From the NCBI GenBank assembly GCA_021199145.1, contig JAJQIP010000149.1, positions 1 through 33,836 of the forward strand: a DNA stretch of 33,836 nucleotides, given 5' to 3'. Shown here piece after piece: positions 17,482 to 26,918 of the stretch (position 1 is its first letter; each line of letters opens with the position of its first letter). Source of the stretch: Porphyromonadaceae bacterium. Lineage in GTDB: Bacteria; Bacteroidota; Bacteroidia; Bacteroidales; UBA11471. A program made the position numbers and the translations under genes. The notes beneath the pieces are model-generated. The model saw nothing but the letters and a program-made list of their open reading frames with translations. It did not search any database and was not told where the DNA came from.

Positions 17482-20262
17482 ATGAGCGACAAACGTCTTT
17501 TCCTCCTGGATGCCTATGCCTTGATTTATCGTGCCTATTACGGCTTTATCAAAAATCCTCGGATTAATTCCAAAGGGATAAATACTTCGGCTGTTTTCGG
17601 ATTTGTCAACACCCTTGAAGAGGTACTCCGCAAAGAGGACCTTTCGCACATTGCCGTGGGTTTTGACCCTGCCGGACCGACTTTCCGTCACGAAGCCTAT
17701 GCGGAGTATAAGGCACAACGGGAGGAGACTCCCGAAGCTATTCGCTGGTCGGTGCCTGTCATTAAGGAGATTATACGGGCGTACCGGATTCCCATTATCG
17801 AAGTGCCCGGCTATGAGGCGGACGATGTAATCGGCACTTTGGCCAAAAAAGCCGAGCAGGAGGGATTCGATACCTATATGATGACTCCTGACAAGGATTA
17901 TGGCCAGCTTGTCTCTCCGCATATTTTTATCTATCGCCCGCAATTCGGGAGCAGTAGTTTTGAGATACGGGGGGTTGAAGAGGTCCGGAACAAATATGGC
18001 ATACAGCGGCCCGAACAGGTAATTGATATTTTGGGCCTTATGGGAGATGCCTCCGACAATATTCCCGGTTGTCCCGGTATCGGGGAGAAGACGGCCGTGA
18101 AATTGGTGCAGGAATTCGATTCGATTGAAAATCTGTTGGGTCGTACGGAGGAACTGAAGGGTGCTGTCAAATCGAAAATCGAAACGAATGCCGAAATGAT
18201 TCGATTCTCGAAATTCCTGGCGACGATAAAGATTGACGTGCCTGTCGCTTTTGAAGAGAAGGCGTTGCGCCGCTCTCCGATGGATGAGGAAGCGTTGCGC
18301 AAAATTTTTGACGAACTTGAGTTCCGGAATTTGGCGGAACGTATTCTCAGGAAAAATGAACCTACTCCCCCGACTGAGAATACCCCCTCTCAAGGCTCTC
18401 TCTTTGATCTATTTTCGTCCGAGGGGACGGAACCGGAAAAACAGACGACTCTCCAAGACATAAATTCGGTGAATCACTCTTATCAATTTATTGATAAAGA
18501 GGAAGATATGTGCAAATTGGCCGCTCGATTGGAGCATTGTGAATTTTTCGCTTTTGACACGGAAACAACGGGTGTGGAGCCTATGACGGCCCATTTGGTC
18601 GGTATGTCATTCGCTTTGCGGGGGAGGGAGGCCTATTATGTGCCTGTTCCCGTTGAAAGGGAAAAAGCTGAGGCGATTGTGAAAATTTTTAAGTCAGCGT
18701 TGGAAAACAGCGCCTCCTTGAAAATCGGACAGAACATCAAATACGATTATACCATGTTGCGCCGGTACGGTGTGCGGGTAGCTGGGAAATTTTTCGACAC
18801 GATGGTCGCCCACTATCTCTTGCAACCGGAACAGCATCATAACCTCGACTATCTGGCCGAGGTCTATCTGGGGTATAAAATGGTCCCGATTGAGGCACTG
18901 ATAGGACCCAAAGGTAAAGGTCAGCGGTCGATGCGTGATGTCGACCCGCAAGAGGTATCTCCGTATGCGGCTGAGGATGCCGATATCACTTTGCAATTGA
19001 AAAGCCGGCTTGAACAGGAACTTTGCGAGAAGGGTATGGAGAAGCTCTTCCACGAGATTGAAATGCCGCTTGTCAAAGTTCTTGCCGAGATGGAGATTAC
19101 CGGGGTACGCATCGACACGGAGGCTCTTCGGGCCTCATCGGTTTCCCTTACGGAGAAGTTGACGGCTACCGAACAGGAGATTTATGCTTTGGCAGGACAG
19201 CCGTTCAATATCAGTTCAGCCCGGCAGGTGGGAGAGATTCTTTTTGAACGGCTGAAAATTGACGAGAAAGCGCGGAAAACCAAGACGGGTCAATTCTCCA
19301 CGACTGAAGAGGTGTTGGAAAAGTTGCGTTATCGCCATCCCATCGTGGATAAAATTCTTGCCTATCGGGGGGTACGCAAACTCCTCAACACTTATGTCAA
19401 TGCACTTCCGGAACTGATTAATCCCGAAACGGGTAAGATTCACACCTCGTTCAACCAGACCATCACAGCGACCGGACGACTTAGTTCGAGCAATCCCAAT
19501 TTGCAGAATATCCCTATTCGGGATGAGGAGGGGAGAGAAATCCGTCGGGCTTTTATCCCTGAGGAGGGGCAGCGTTTCTTTTCAGCTGACTACTCCCAGA
19601 TAGAGCTTCGTATTATGGCTCATCTCAGCGGAGACCCTGCCATGGTTGAGGCTTTTGCTTCCGGTCAGGATATCCATGCGGCTACGGCGGCAAAAATTTA
19701 CAAGGTCGATTTGGATAAGGTGGATAAAGAGATGCGCCGCAAGGCCAAGACGGCCAATTTCGGGATCATTTATGGTATATCTACTTTCGGCTTGGCCGAG
19801 CGACTGAACATCCCTCGGAGCGAGGCCAAACAACTTATTGATGACTATTTCATGACTTTCCCACAGGTGAAGGCCTACATGGAGAAGAGCATTGAGGTGG
19901 CCCGCCAGAAGGGGTATGTCGAGACGCTCAACGGCCGGCGGCGTATGCTGCCGGATATCCTTTCACACAACAGTGTGGTGAGGGGCTATGCCGAACGAAA
20001 TGCGATTAACGCCCCCATACAGGGGAGTGCCGCTGATATTATAAAGGTGGCTATGGTCCGTATTTTCAACCGTTTTGAGGAGAAGGGGTTGCAGGCGAAA
20101 ATGATACTGCAGGTGCATGATGAGCTTAATTTTACCGTCCCTGTCTCTGAAGTGGATAGGGTGGCACGTATTGTAAAAGAGGAGATGGAGCAGGCCGCTG
20201 CCTTGCATGTTCCCCTTCTGGCGGATACCGGTATAGGAGACAATTGGCTCGAAGCCCATTGA
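17482..20262 (+). CDS. polA: DNA polymerase I
   Basis: 5'-3' exonuclease N-terminus (LFLLDAYALIYRAYY), 3'-5' exonuclease motif (FAFDTETTG), and polymerase motifs A (FSADYSQIELRI), B (RRKAKTANFGIIYG) and C (QVHDEL). ATG 17482 (MSDKRLFLLD) fits homolog N-termini better than the track start at 17329. Confidence 0.96.
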   Translation: MSDKRLFLLDAYALIYRAYYGFIKNPRINSKGINTSAVFGFVNTLEEVLRKEDLSHIAVGFDPAGPTFRHEAYAEYKAQREETPEAIRWSVPVIKEIIRAYRIPIIEVPGYEADDVIGTLAKKAEQEGFDTYMMTPDKDYGQLVSPHIFIYRPQFGSSSFEIRGVEEVRNKYGIQRPEQVIDILGLMGDASDNIPGCPGIGEKTAVKLVQEFDSIENLLGRTEELKGAVKSKIETNAEMIRFSKFLATIKIDVPVAFEEKALRRSPMDEEALRKIFDELEFRNLAERILRKNEPTPPTENTPSQGSLFDLFSSEGTEPEKQTTLQDINSVNHSYQFIDKEEDMCKLAARLEHCEFFAFDTETTGVEPMTAHLVGMSFALRGREAYYVPVPVEREKAEAIVKIFKSALENSASLKIGQNIKYDYTMLRRYGVRVAGKFFDTMVAHYLLQPEQHHNLDYLAEVYLGYKMVPIEALIGPKGKGQRSMRDVDPQEVSPYAAEDADITLQLKSRLEQELCEKGMEKLFHEIEMPLVKVLAEMEITGVRIDTEALRASSVSLTEKLTATEQEIYALAGQPFNISSARQVGEILFERLKIDEKARKTKTGQFSTTEEVLEKLRYRHPIVDKILAYRGVRKLLNTYVNALPELINPETGKIHTSFNQTITATGRLSSSNPNLQNIPIRDEEGREIRRAFIPEEGQRFFSADYSQIELRIMAHLSGDPAMVEAFASGQDIHAATAAKIYKVDLDKVDKEMRRKAKTANFGIIYGISTFGLAERLNIPRSEAKQLIDDYFMTFPQVKAYMEKSIEVARQKGYVETLNGRRRMLPDILSHNSVVRGYAERNAINAPIQGSAADIIKVAMVRIFNRFEEKGLQAKMILQVHDELNFTVPVSEVDRVARIVKEEMEQAAALHVPLLADTGIGDNWLEAH

Positions 20263-20344
20263 CGGGAGGGAGATTCCCATCTGGTTCCTTCGGAATCGAA
20301 TTGTGATAAACCCCTCCTTGAAATTGTTTTACGTTGTTTTTTTG

Positions 20345-20352
20345 TACTTTTG
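20345..20352 (+). promoter_or_regulatory. -7 promoter box TACTTTTG upstream of ychF
   Basis: Exact TAnnTTTG match located 25 nt upstream of ATG 20377. Confidence 0.5.
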
Positions 20353-20376
20353 TGACCGAACAAAAAAGTCCTTGAA

Positions 20377-21480
20377 ATGGCATTACAATGTGGTATTGTC
20401 GGCCTGCCCAATGTGGGTAAATCGACCCTTTTTAACTGTTTGTCCAATGCCAAAGCACAGTCGGCAAACTTCCCTTTTTGTACCATCGAACCGAATGTAG
20501 GGGTGATTACCGTTCCCGACGAGCGGTTGAACAAGCTGGCCGAGTTGGTCCACCCCCAACGGATTGTCCCCACGACAGTGGAAATTGTCGATATCGCTGG
20601 TCTGGTGAAAGGGGCGAGTCAAGGAGAGGGTTTGGGGAATAAATTCCTTGCCAATATCCGTGAAACGGATGCCATATTGCATGTGTTGCGTTGCTTTGAC
20701 GATGATAATGTCACGCATGTCGATGGTTCGATTGACCCTGTACGGGATAAGGAGATTATCGACTACGAGTTGCAGTTGAAAGATTTGGAAACGATTGACG
20801 GACGGTTGGGTCGTGTACAGAAACAGGCACAGACGGGCGGAGACAAAACCGCTAAACTGTCTTACGAAGTGTTGAGCCGATACAAAGAGGCTCTTGAACA
20901 GGGAAAGGCAGCCCGCACGGTAATTTTTGAGGGCAAAGATGAGCAAAAGATTGCTCATGACCTGTTTTTGCTGACCAACAAACCGGTGATGTACGTATGT
21001 AATGTGGATGAGGGTAGTGCCATGAAGGGCAATGCCTACGTCGAACGGGTCCGGGAAGCGGTCAAAGGGGAAAATGCGGAGATATTGGTCGTGGCGGCTA
21101 AAATCGAATCGGAAATCGCTGAATTTGAAACCTATGAGGAGCGGCAGATGTTCCTTAATGAGATAGGACTCCAGGAGTCGGGTGTTTCACGACTTATCCG
21201 GACGGCCTATTCGTTGCTCAATCTCGAGACCTATTTTACGGTCGGAGAGCCGGAGGTTCGGGCGTGGACTTATCTGAAAGGCAGCAAGGCCCCCCAATGT
21301 GCGGGCATTATACATTCCGATTTTGAAAAGGGCTTTATCCGGGCGGAAGTCATCAAGTATGACGATTTTGTCGCTTTGGGTTCGGAGGCGGCTTGTCGGG
21401 AAGCCGGGAAAATCAATGTCGAAGGCAAGGATTATATCGTGCACGATGGAGACATCATGCATTTCCGTTTTAATGTATAG
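20377..21480 (+). CDS. ychF: redox-regulated ribosome-binding ATPase YchF
   Basis: P-loop [12 protein letters not shown], the Obg-like G-domain order and a C-terminal TGS-type domain. 367 aa. Confidence 0.96.
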   Translation: MALQCGIVGLPNVGKSTLFNCLSNAKAQSANFPFCTIEPNVGVITVPDERLNKLAELVHPQRIVPTTVEIVDIAGLVKGASQGEGLGNKFLANIRETDAILHVLRCFDDDNVTHVDGSIDPVRDKEIIDYELQLKDLETIDGRLGRVQKQAQTGGDKTAKLSYEVLSRYKEALEQGKAARTVIFEGKDEQKIAHDLFLLTNKPVMYVCNVDEGSAMKGNAYVERVREAVKGENAEILVVAAKIESEIAEFETYEERQMFLNEIGLQESGVSRLIRTAYSLLNLETYFTVGEPEVRAWTYLKGSKAPQCAGIIHSDFEKGFIRAEVIKYDDFVALGSEAACREAGKINVEGKDYIVHDGDIMHFRFNV

Positions 21481-21489
21481 ATTCCTTTC

Positions 21490-22077
21490 ATGAGAACTAT
21501 CCGGACGGTCTGTGTCTATTGCGCCTCGAGTTCTCGTGTCGCCCCAGTCTATTTTGAGGCGGCGAGGACATTGGGCAGGCTGTTGGCCGAAAGGAATATC
21601 CGATGCGTCTATGGGGCGGGCGGAACAGGATTGATGGGAGCCTTGGCCGATGCGGTCTTGCAAGGGGGAGGTGAGATAACCGGCATTATCCCGCAATTCA
21701 TGTATGCGCACGGTTGGTGTCATCCTGGTCTGAAAGAGGTGGAGGTTACGACCGACATACACAGTCGGAAACAGCGTATGGCGACATTGTCCGATGGGGT
21801 TATCGCCCTCCCAGGAGGATGCGGGACATTGGAGGAGTTGCTTGAAATTATTACGTGGAAGCAATTGGGGTTGTATCTACATCCCATTGTCCTGCTCAAT
21901 ATCAATGGCTATTATGACCCTTTGCTGCAAATGCTTCATCGGGCATCCGAAGAGCATTTTATGCGCCCTGAACATCAGACCATGTGGTCGGTTTCCTATA
22001 CTCCCCAAGAGGCTGTAGAACTACTCTATTCAGCTCCTGAATGGGATGAGAATCAATATAAATTAGCGGTTATCTGA
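21490..22077 (+). CDS. LOG-family (TIGR00730) nucleotide 5'-monophosphate nucleosidase
   Basis: PGGCGTLEEL (PGGxGTxxE) and GAGGTGLMGA motifs. 195 aa. Confidence 0.88.
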   Translation: MRTIRTVCVYCASSSRVAPVYFEAARTLGRLLAERNIRCVYGAGGTGLMGALADAVLQGGGEITGIIPQFMYAHGWCHPGLKEVEVTTDIHSRKQRMATLSDGVIALPGGCGTLEELLEIITWKQLGLYLHPIVLLNINGYYDPLLQMLHRASEEHFMRPEHQTMWSVSYTPQEAVELLYSAPEWDENQYKLAVI

Positions 22078-22082
22078 CGAAA

Positions 22083-23075
22083 ATGTCTATTTCTGCGCTC
22101 TATCAATATTATGTTGAGACTCCCGACTCTACTGGCGGAAATGACACGTTGCAGCCTGTCTCTCCACAGGGGGTGATGCCGTTGGTCGAAACCCCTCATT
22201 TCCTGTCGCTGAATGCTCCGGACACATTTGTCAAAACAGATTCTCTCCCGGAAAATGTTCGGGATGAGTTGTCATTGCCTGACACGGTATCGGTTGTTGC
22301 ACCGGCTTTTGAGGAGGTTGATTCCGTATTGGTGACCGATTCCGTTTTCTCCCTTTCTGAACCTGTGGATAAACAGCAGTATGTCCCTGTGGTGGAAGTC
22401 CGAAGGGGGATAATCGGTCGTCATCGTCAGGAGGATACCCCTTTTTCGGACGGAGGTTTTTTCGCTTTACTACTCATCGAGCTTTTCCTTTTTTTGTTCT
22501 TCTTTTGTTGTTATCGGAAGATTTTCTCCGGGCAGGCCGATGAGGTCTCCAAATCCTATTCCAAGAAGGGCCTCTTGCGGACCTTCATGGGAAATATATA
22601 TCACTCCTTTCTTCTGTATACTTTCCTTATAGAGGGAACGTTGGGTGTCGTCGCCTTTACCTCTTTTGGCTTGTCGCTTCCCTTTGTAGGGGGATATCTC
22701 TTGAACGGTTTGTTGATGGCTTTTTTGGCTCTTCTCTATTTTTTGGTGCAGCAAGGGGTATTTACCTTCTTGGCTAGGGTATTCTCCTTCGATGCTCGTA
22801 GTCAGGAATGGCTCGGTACCCATGTCACCATCAATTTGTTGTTGGGAATTTGCCTCTTCCCGTTCGCCTTCCTGGCAGTTTATTTGCCGGAGATTTCTCA
22901 AGGGTGTCTGTTCATCTCGGTAGGAATATATATAGTATCTCGTATTTTATTTATAGTCAAAGGGATGAAACTTTTTTTAAGGAATTTTATAACGTTGCTT
23001 TATTTTATTTTGTACCTTTGCGCCTTAGAAATAGCCCCGCTCCTTCTTGGGGGTAAGAGTTGTGGGTTATGGTAG
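22083..23075 (+). CDS. membrane protein, DUF4271-like
   Basis: A Ser/Val/Asp/Pro-rich soluble N-terminal third is followed by ~6 hydrophobic helices. The family assignment is recalled from the conserved position upstream of hemD-like genes in Bacteroidales and has not been verified. Confidence 0.6.
   Translation: MSISALYQYYVETPDSTGGNDTLQPVSPQGVMPLVETPHFLSLNAPDTFVKTDSLPENVRDELSLPDTVSVVAPAFEEVDSVLVTDSVFSLSEPVDKQQYVPVVEVRRGIIGRHRQEDTPFSDGGFFALLLIELFLFLFFFCCYRKIFSGQADEVSKSYSKKGLLRTFMGNIYHSFLLYTFLIEGTLGVVAFTSFGLSLPFVGGYLLNGLLMAFLALLYFLVQQGVFTFLARVFSFDARSQEWLGTHVTINLLLGICLFPFAFLAVYLPEISQGCLFISVGIYIVSRILFIVKGMKLFLRNFITLLYFILYLCALEIAPLLLGGKSCGLW
23013..23020 (+). promoter_or_regulatory. -7 promoter box TACCTTTG embedded in the 3' end of the DUF4271-like gene
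   Basis: Exact TAnnTTTG match located 86 nt upstream of the hemD-like start at 23106. Confidence 0.4.
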
Positions 23076-23105
23076 ATATTTTCGTTAACTCGTAAAAATA
23101 CAGCT

Positions 23106-23858
23106 TTGAAAATCAAGAAGATACTTATTTCTCAGCCTCAGCCGCCGGAGAAATCACCCTATTTCGATATTACGCAAAAATATGGGGTCAATATTGTCTT
23201 CCGTCCTTTTATCAAAGTAGAAGGGTTATCTTCGAAAGAGTTCCGGCAACAAAAAATATCGCTTTCCGAGTATACGGCGGTTATCTTTACGGCCCGGACG
23301 GCTATCGATCACTTTTTTACCCTGTGTGAATCTTTGCGGGTTACTATTCCCGAAACGATGAAGTATTTCTGTACGACGGAGGCCATCGCACTTTATCTTC
23401 AAAAATACACGGTTTACCGGAAGCGTAAGATTTTCTTCGGGAATACAGGAAAGCTCGATGACCTTATGCCTTCTCTCAACAAACACAATACTGAGAAGTT
23501 CTTGTTGCCGGTTTCTGATGTCAATAACGGAGAATATCCTTTGCTCGACAAATACAAAATCAATTACACGAAGGCTGTCATGTACCGTACGGTAAGTAAT
23601 GATTTTAAACCGGGCGAACCGTTTGATTACGATATGCTTGTTTTTTTCAGTCCAGTTGGAATTCAGTCCTTGCTGAAGAATTTTCCCCATTTTGTGCAAG
23701 GGGATATAAAGATAGGCTGTTTTGGCGCTACGACGGCTAAGGCTGTGCACGATGCCGGTTTGCGTCTCGATTGTGAGGCTCCTCGTGCGGAAGCCCCTTC
23801 GATGGTGGCTGCCCTGGATTTGTTCCTCAAGGAGCAAAGCAAGCTTGCCCGAAAATAA
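23106..23858 (+). CDS. uroporphyrinogen-III synthase family (HemD-like) protein
   Basis: 250 aa beginning (M)KIKKILISQPQP..., typical of Bacteroidales HEM4-family proteins. Initiation is at TTG 23106, and there is no in-frame ATG near the N-terminus. Confidence 0.75.
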   Translation: MKIKKILISQPQPPEKSPYFDITQKYGVNIVFRPFIKVEGLSSKEFRQQKISLSEYTAVIFTARTAIDHFFTLCESLRVTIPETMKYFCTTEAIALYLQKYTVYRKRKIFFGNTGKLDDLMPSLNKHNTEKFLLPVSDVNNGEYPLLDKYKINYTKAVMYRTVSNDFKPGEPFDYDMLVFFSPVGIQSLLKNFPHFVQGDIKIGCFGATTAKAVHDAGLRLDCEAPRAEAPSMVAALDLFLKEQSKLARK

Positions 23859-23950
23859 ATAACAGTCAGGTGGTCCGACTTCATATTTTGCCGTCACGGT
23901 TTTATAGGAAGAAGGAGTGATGGATTTTTAACACGTAAACGCTTTCCCTT

Positions 23951-24364
23951 ATGCCTTGCAGAAATCGGTTGACAGCGGCAGAACGTTTACGGGGGGAAAT
24001 CCGTATAAAAAATCTTTTCCTTTCCGGTAAATCGTTTATCGTTTATCCCTATCGTGTCGTGTATGATATGGGAGATGCGGCAAATCCTCTTCTTCCTTCA
24101 GCCATACTGGTAAGCGTTTCAAAGAAGCGTTTCAAACAGGCGGTCAGGCGTAATAGGTTGCGCCGTTGTATCAAAGAGGCTTTTCGGTTGAATAAATCCC
24201 TGCTCAACGATTCCCTTCAGGCCGTCGGGAAAACCGTTGATATGGCGATTCTCTATCTGGATAGGGAGGAGCTCCCTTATGCTACACTTGAAAAGAGTAT
24301 GAAAGAATTATTGCAAAAACTGTCGGGAAAAATTCTTTCAGAAGATTCAAAAGACATGAAATAG
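23951..24364 (+). CDS. rnpA: ribonuclease P protein component
   Basis: Small basic protein of 137 aa. The [14 protein letters not shown] segment resembles the RNR motif. It sits directly upstream of yidD, as in many bacteria. Confidence 0.85.
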   Translation: MPCRNRLTAAERLRGEIRIKNLFLSGKSFIVYPYRVVYDMGDAANPLLPSAILVSVSKKRFKQAVRRNRLRRCIKEAFRLNKSLLNDSLQAVGKTVDMAILYLDREELPYATLEKSMKELLQKLSGKILSEDSKDMK

Positions 24365-24386
24365 TTCTTCTCTTTTCCTCCTGTCT

Positions 24387-24617
24387 ATGATCCGATTCTT
24401 TTCAAAATTTTTCTCTGCGCTTTTACTTCTCCCCATATATTTCTATCGGGCGTGTATTTCTCCGCTGAAACCCCCTTCGTGTCGGTATATACCTACCTGT
24501 TCGCAATATGCTATAGAGGCCATACGTCTGCACGGACCGCGTCTCGGTTTGTGGATTTAGCTAAGGCGGCTACTTCGGTGCAATCCTTGGGGAGGGTCGG
24601 GGTATGACCCTGTACCG
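24387..24617 (+). pseudogene. yidD: yidD (membrane protein insertion efficiency factor) interrupted by an in-frame TAG at 24558-24560
   Basis: Translation gives [79 protein letters not shown]. Both halves match the YidD family pattern (CRxxPTCSxY ... RCxP..GGxDPVP). Confidence 0.8.
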
Positions 24618-24635
24618 AGTGTCGTACGATACGAT

Positions 24636-25313
24636 ATGCACACCCATCATCTGCGTCCGGTGACAGCGAAAGAATTTGCCGTTTGTACACCCTATCCGCA
24701 TTATCCTCTTTCTATTGTAGCTGAACGTCCTGACTGCCGTTTTTCCGTGGGGGTACACCCATATGAATGTGGAAATGTTACGGAGGAGATGTGGCAGACT
24801 GTTGTCAAAACAGCCTCTTTGCCACAGGTGGTTGCCCTTGGGGAGTGTGGCCTTGATGCCACATGTCCTGTTCCTATGGAACAGCAAGGCGAACTTTTCG
24901 AGCGACATATAACGCTCTCGGAGGAATTGAAGAAGCCGCTTGTTATCCATTGTGTCAAGGCTTTTGATATGCTTATAAGTTTGCGGCGTAGCCAACATCC
25001 TACGCAGCAATGGATTATCCATGGGTTTAGGGGTAAACCCCAACAGGCTGAGCAGTTATGTCGGGAGGGATTCCTGTTGAGTTTCGGTTACAAATACAAT
25101 CCCGATACCCTGAAACAATTTCGACCGGGAGAGGTACTTTTGGAAAGTGATGAAGAACTCCAACCTATGGACAGACTTTATGGTCGGGTCGCTCGGTTGT
25201 GGAAGATGCATAAATATCTTGTTGTGGGGCATACGGCTCGAAAGGCAGAGTCGGTACTACAACCAAGTCCAATGAACCCTAAAAAACGGAGGGGATATGG
25301 GGAAGAGCCATAA
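24636..25313 (+). CDS. TatD-family metal-dependent hydrolase (start uncertain; same frame as yidD)
   Basis: The metal-ligand pattern is present: HTH at the N-terminus, GECGLD, VIHC, IHGF and LLESDEE. The first ATG at 24636 falls inside what looks like the first beta-strand/HxH element (VVRYD-MHTHH). Confidence 0.8.
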   Translation: MHTHHLRPVTAKEFAVCTPYPHYPLSIVAERPDCRFSVGVHPYECGNVTEEMWQTVVKTASLPQVVALGECGLDATCPVPMEQQGELFERHITLSEELKKPLVIHCVKAFDMLISLRRSQHPTQQWIIHGFRGKPQQAEQLCREGFLLSFGYKYNPDTLKQFRPGEVLLESDEELQPMDRLYGRVARLWKMHKYLVVGHTARKAESVLQPSPMNPKKRRGYGEEP

Positions 25314-25319
25314 ATTCGT

Positions 25320-25327
25320 TACCTTTG
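25320..25327 (+). promoter_or_regulatory. -7 promoter box TACCTTTG upstream of tyrS
   Basis: Exact TAnnTTTG match located 93 nt upstream of ATG 25420. Confidence 0.45.
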
Positions 25328-25419
25328 CAGACAAGGCGAGGTTTGAACGGGTTATCTTTACGACAAATACGGAGGATGACAGAGAATTTTGACATCGCAT
25401 AAATTAAAAACTTACGTTG

Positions 25420-26712
25420 ATGAACTTTGTAGATGAATTGGAGTGGAGAGGTATGATACATACCATGATGCCAGGTACGAAAGAACTTCTTGAAAAGGAG
25501 ATGGTTTCGGCTTATTTGGGAATTGATCCGACCGCTGATTCCCTGCATATCGGACACCTTTGCGGCATTATGATGTTGCGGCATTTTCAACGGTGCGGAC
25601 ATAAACCTATTGTAGTGGTAGGAGGTGCCACCGGCATGATAGGAGACCCTTCGGGTAAATCAAAGGAACGGAATCTGTTGGATGAGGAGACTCTGTATCA
25701 TAACCAGGAGTGCATCAAAAAACAGTTGGGTAAATTCCTCGATTTTGAGTCGAAAGCTCCTAATCGGGCCATAATGGTGAACAACTACGATTGGATGAAG
25801 AATTTCTCCTTTCTTGATTTTGCTCGGACAATAGGTAAACACATTACCGTCAATTATATGATGGCGAAAGAATCGGTTCAAAAGCGGTTGAACGGGGAGG
25901 CCCGTGACGGACTTTCGTTTACGGAGTTTACCTACCAATTGCTTCAGGGTTACGATTTTCTGCATCTTTACGAGACGGAAAACTGCAAATTGCAATTGGG
26001 TGGTGCCGACCAATGGGGTAACATCACTACGGGGGCCGAGCTGATACGTCGTATCAAGGGTGGGGAAGCGTATGCGCTCACCTGTCCGCTTATCACTAAA
26101 GCGGACGGCGGAAAATTCGGAAAGACCGAGTCGGGCAATGTATGGCTGGACTCGCGATATACTTCTCCCTACAAGTTCTACCAGTTCTGGCTCAATGTGG
26201 GGGATGAGGAAGCGGCCAAATATATCAAAATATTCACGGATCTTTCTCGTAAGGAGATTGATGACCTCATTGCCGAGCAACAGGCTGCTCCTCATTTGCG
26301 CCCTTTGCAAAAGCGATTGGCTCGTGAAGTGACGGTGCTGGTACATTCCGAGGCTGAATACGAGGCGGCTGTCGAAGCGTCAGGTATCCTCTTTGGAAAC
26401 TCCACATCCGAACAGTTGCATCGGTTGGATGAGGAGACCTTTTTGGCTGTTTTTGAGGGTGTTCCTTACTTTGAAATTTCTCGGGAAGAGTTGGCCTCCG
26501 GCATACGGGCCGTTGACCTTCTTACAGAAAAGGCGGCTGTTTTTCCCTCCAAGGGAGAGATGCGTAAGACCACGCAAGGTGGAGGCGTTTCCATCAATAA
26601 GGAAAAACTTCTCGAGTTTGATGCCGTTCTTACAGCGGAAAATCTATTGAATGGGAAATATTTACTGGTGCAAAAAGGGAAAAAGAACTATTTTTTAATC
26701 CGTGCAAAATAA
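25420..26712 (+). CDS. tyrS: tyrosine--tRNA ligase
   Basis: HIGH motif (SLHIGHL), KMSKS-type motif (KFGKT) and a C-terminal S4-like domain. ATG 25420 ([11 protein letters not shown]) is preferred over the TTG at 25417. Confidence 0.96.
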   Translation: MNFVDELEWRGMIHTMMPGTKELLEKEMVSAYLGIDPTADSLHIGHLCGIMMLRHFQRCGHKPIVVVGGATGMIGDPSGKSKERNLLDEETLYHNQECIKKQLGKFLDFESKAPNRAIMVNNYDWMKNFSFLDFARTIGKHITVNYMMAKESVQKRLNGEARDGLSFTEFTYQLLQGYDFLHLYETENCKLQLGGADQWGNITTGAELIRRIKGGEAYALTCPLITKADGGKFGKTESGNVWLDSRYTSPYKFYQFWLNVGDEEAAKYIKIFTDLSRKEIDDLIAEQQAAPHLRPLQKRLAREVTVLVHSEAEYEAAVEASGILFGNSTSEQLHRLDEETFLAVFEGVPYFEISREELASGIRAVDLLTEKAAVFPSKGEMRKTTQGGGVSINKEKLLEFDAVLTAENLLNGKYLLVQKGKKNYFLIRAK

Positions 26713-26746
26713 ACGGGGCTTTTTATCACAAATAAAAAACTTGTAT

Positions 26747-26754
26747 TATCTTTG
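26747..26754 (+). promoter_or_regulatory. -7 promoter box TATCTTTG upstream of tRNA-Gln
   Basis: Exact TAnnTTTG match located 40 nt upstream of the tRNA 5' end. Confidence 0.5.
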
Positions 26755-26793
26755 CATTGTTTTTAGAGGAATCATCCTGATAAAGACACAGAT

Positions 26794-26864
26794 TGTCTTA
26801 TGGTGTAATGGTAGCACAACAGGTTTTGGTTCTGTTTGTCCAGGTTCGAATCCTGGTAAGACAA
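26794..26864 (+). tRNA. tRNA-Gln (anticodon UUG)
   Basis: Hand-folded cloverleaf. The acceptor stem is TGTCTTA/TAAGACA and the D arm is GTGT-AATGGTA-GCAC. The anticodon stem ACAGG/TCTGT carries the loop TTTTGGT (anticodon TTG). The variable loop is 4 nt and the T arm is CCAGG-TTCGAAT-CCTGG. The discriminator is A and no CCA is encoded. Confidence 0.9.
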
Positions 26865-26865
26865 C

Positions 26866-26898
26866 AAAAGGGAGATGTTCATTGAACATCTCCCTTTT
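26866..26898. terminator. bidirectional hairpin terminator between tRNA-Gln and the convergent efflux operon
   Basis: Near-perfect palindrome AAAAGGGAGATGTTCA-T-TGAACATCTCCCTTTT, with A/T runs on both flanks. Confidence 0.85.
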
Positions 26899-26918
26899 GT
26901 GTTGGACACTGTTTATTT

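Noticed and set aside
20263-20340. Nested inverted repeats follow polA (GGAGGG...CCCTCC enclosing GATTCC...GGAATC).
   Set aside because: The stems are short (6 bp) with large loops and no U-tract. They may contribute to polA 3'-end formation, but the evidence is too weak to call a terminator or an RNA element.
24558-24560. I considered whether the in-frame TAG in yidD signals genome-wide TAG reassignment or a suppressor tRNA.
   Set aside because: TAG terminates at least seven well-defined genes in this window at the positions expected from homologues. The only tRNA present, tRNA-Gln, has a normal UUG anticodon rather than CUA.
26794-26864. I considered tRNA-Gln as an integration site (attB) for the low-GC block or for the efflux operon.
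   Set aside because: I found no direct repeat of the tRNA 3' end near 32700-33230 or elsewhere in the window, and no integrase is present. The efflux operon between the tRNA and the low-GC block has host-like composition.
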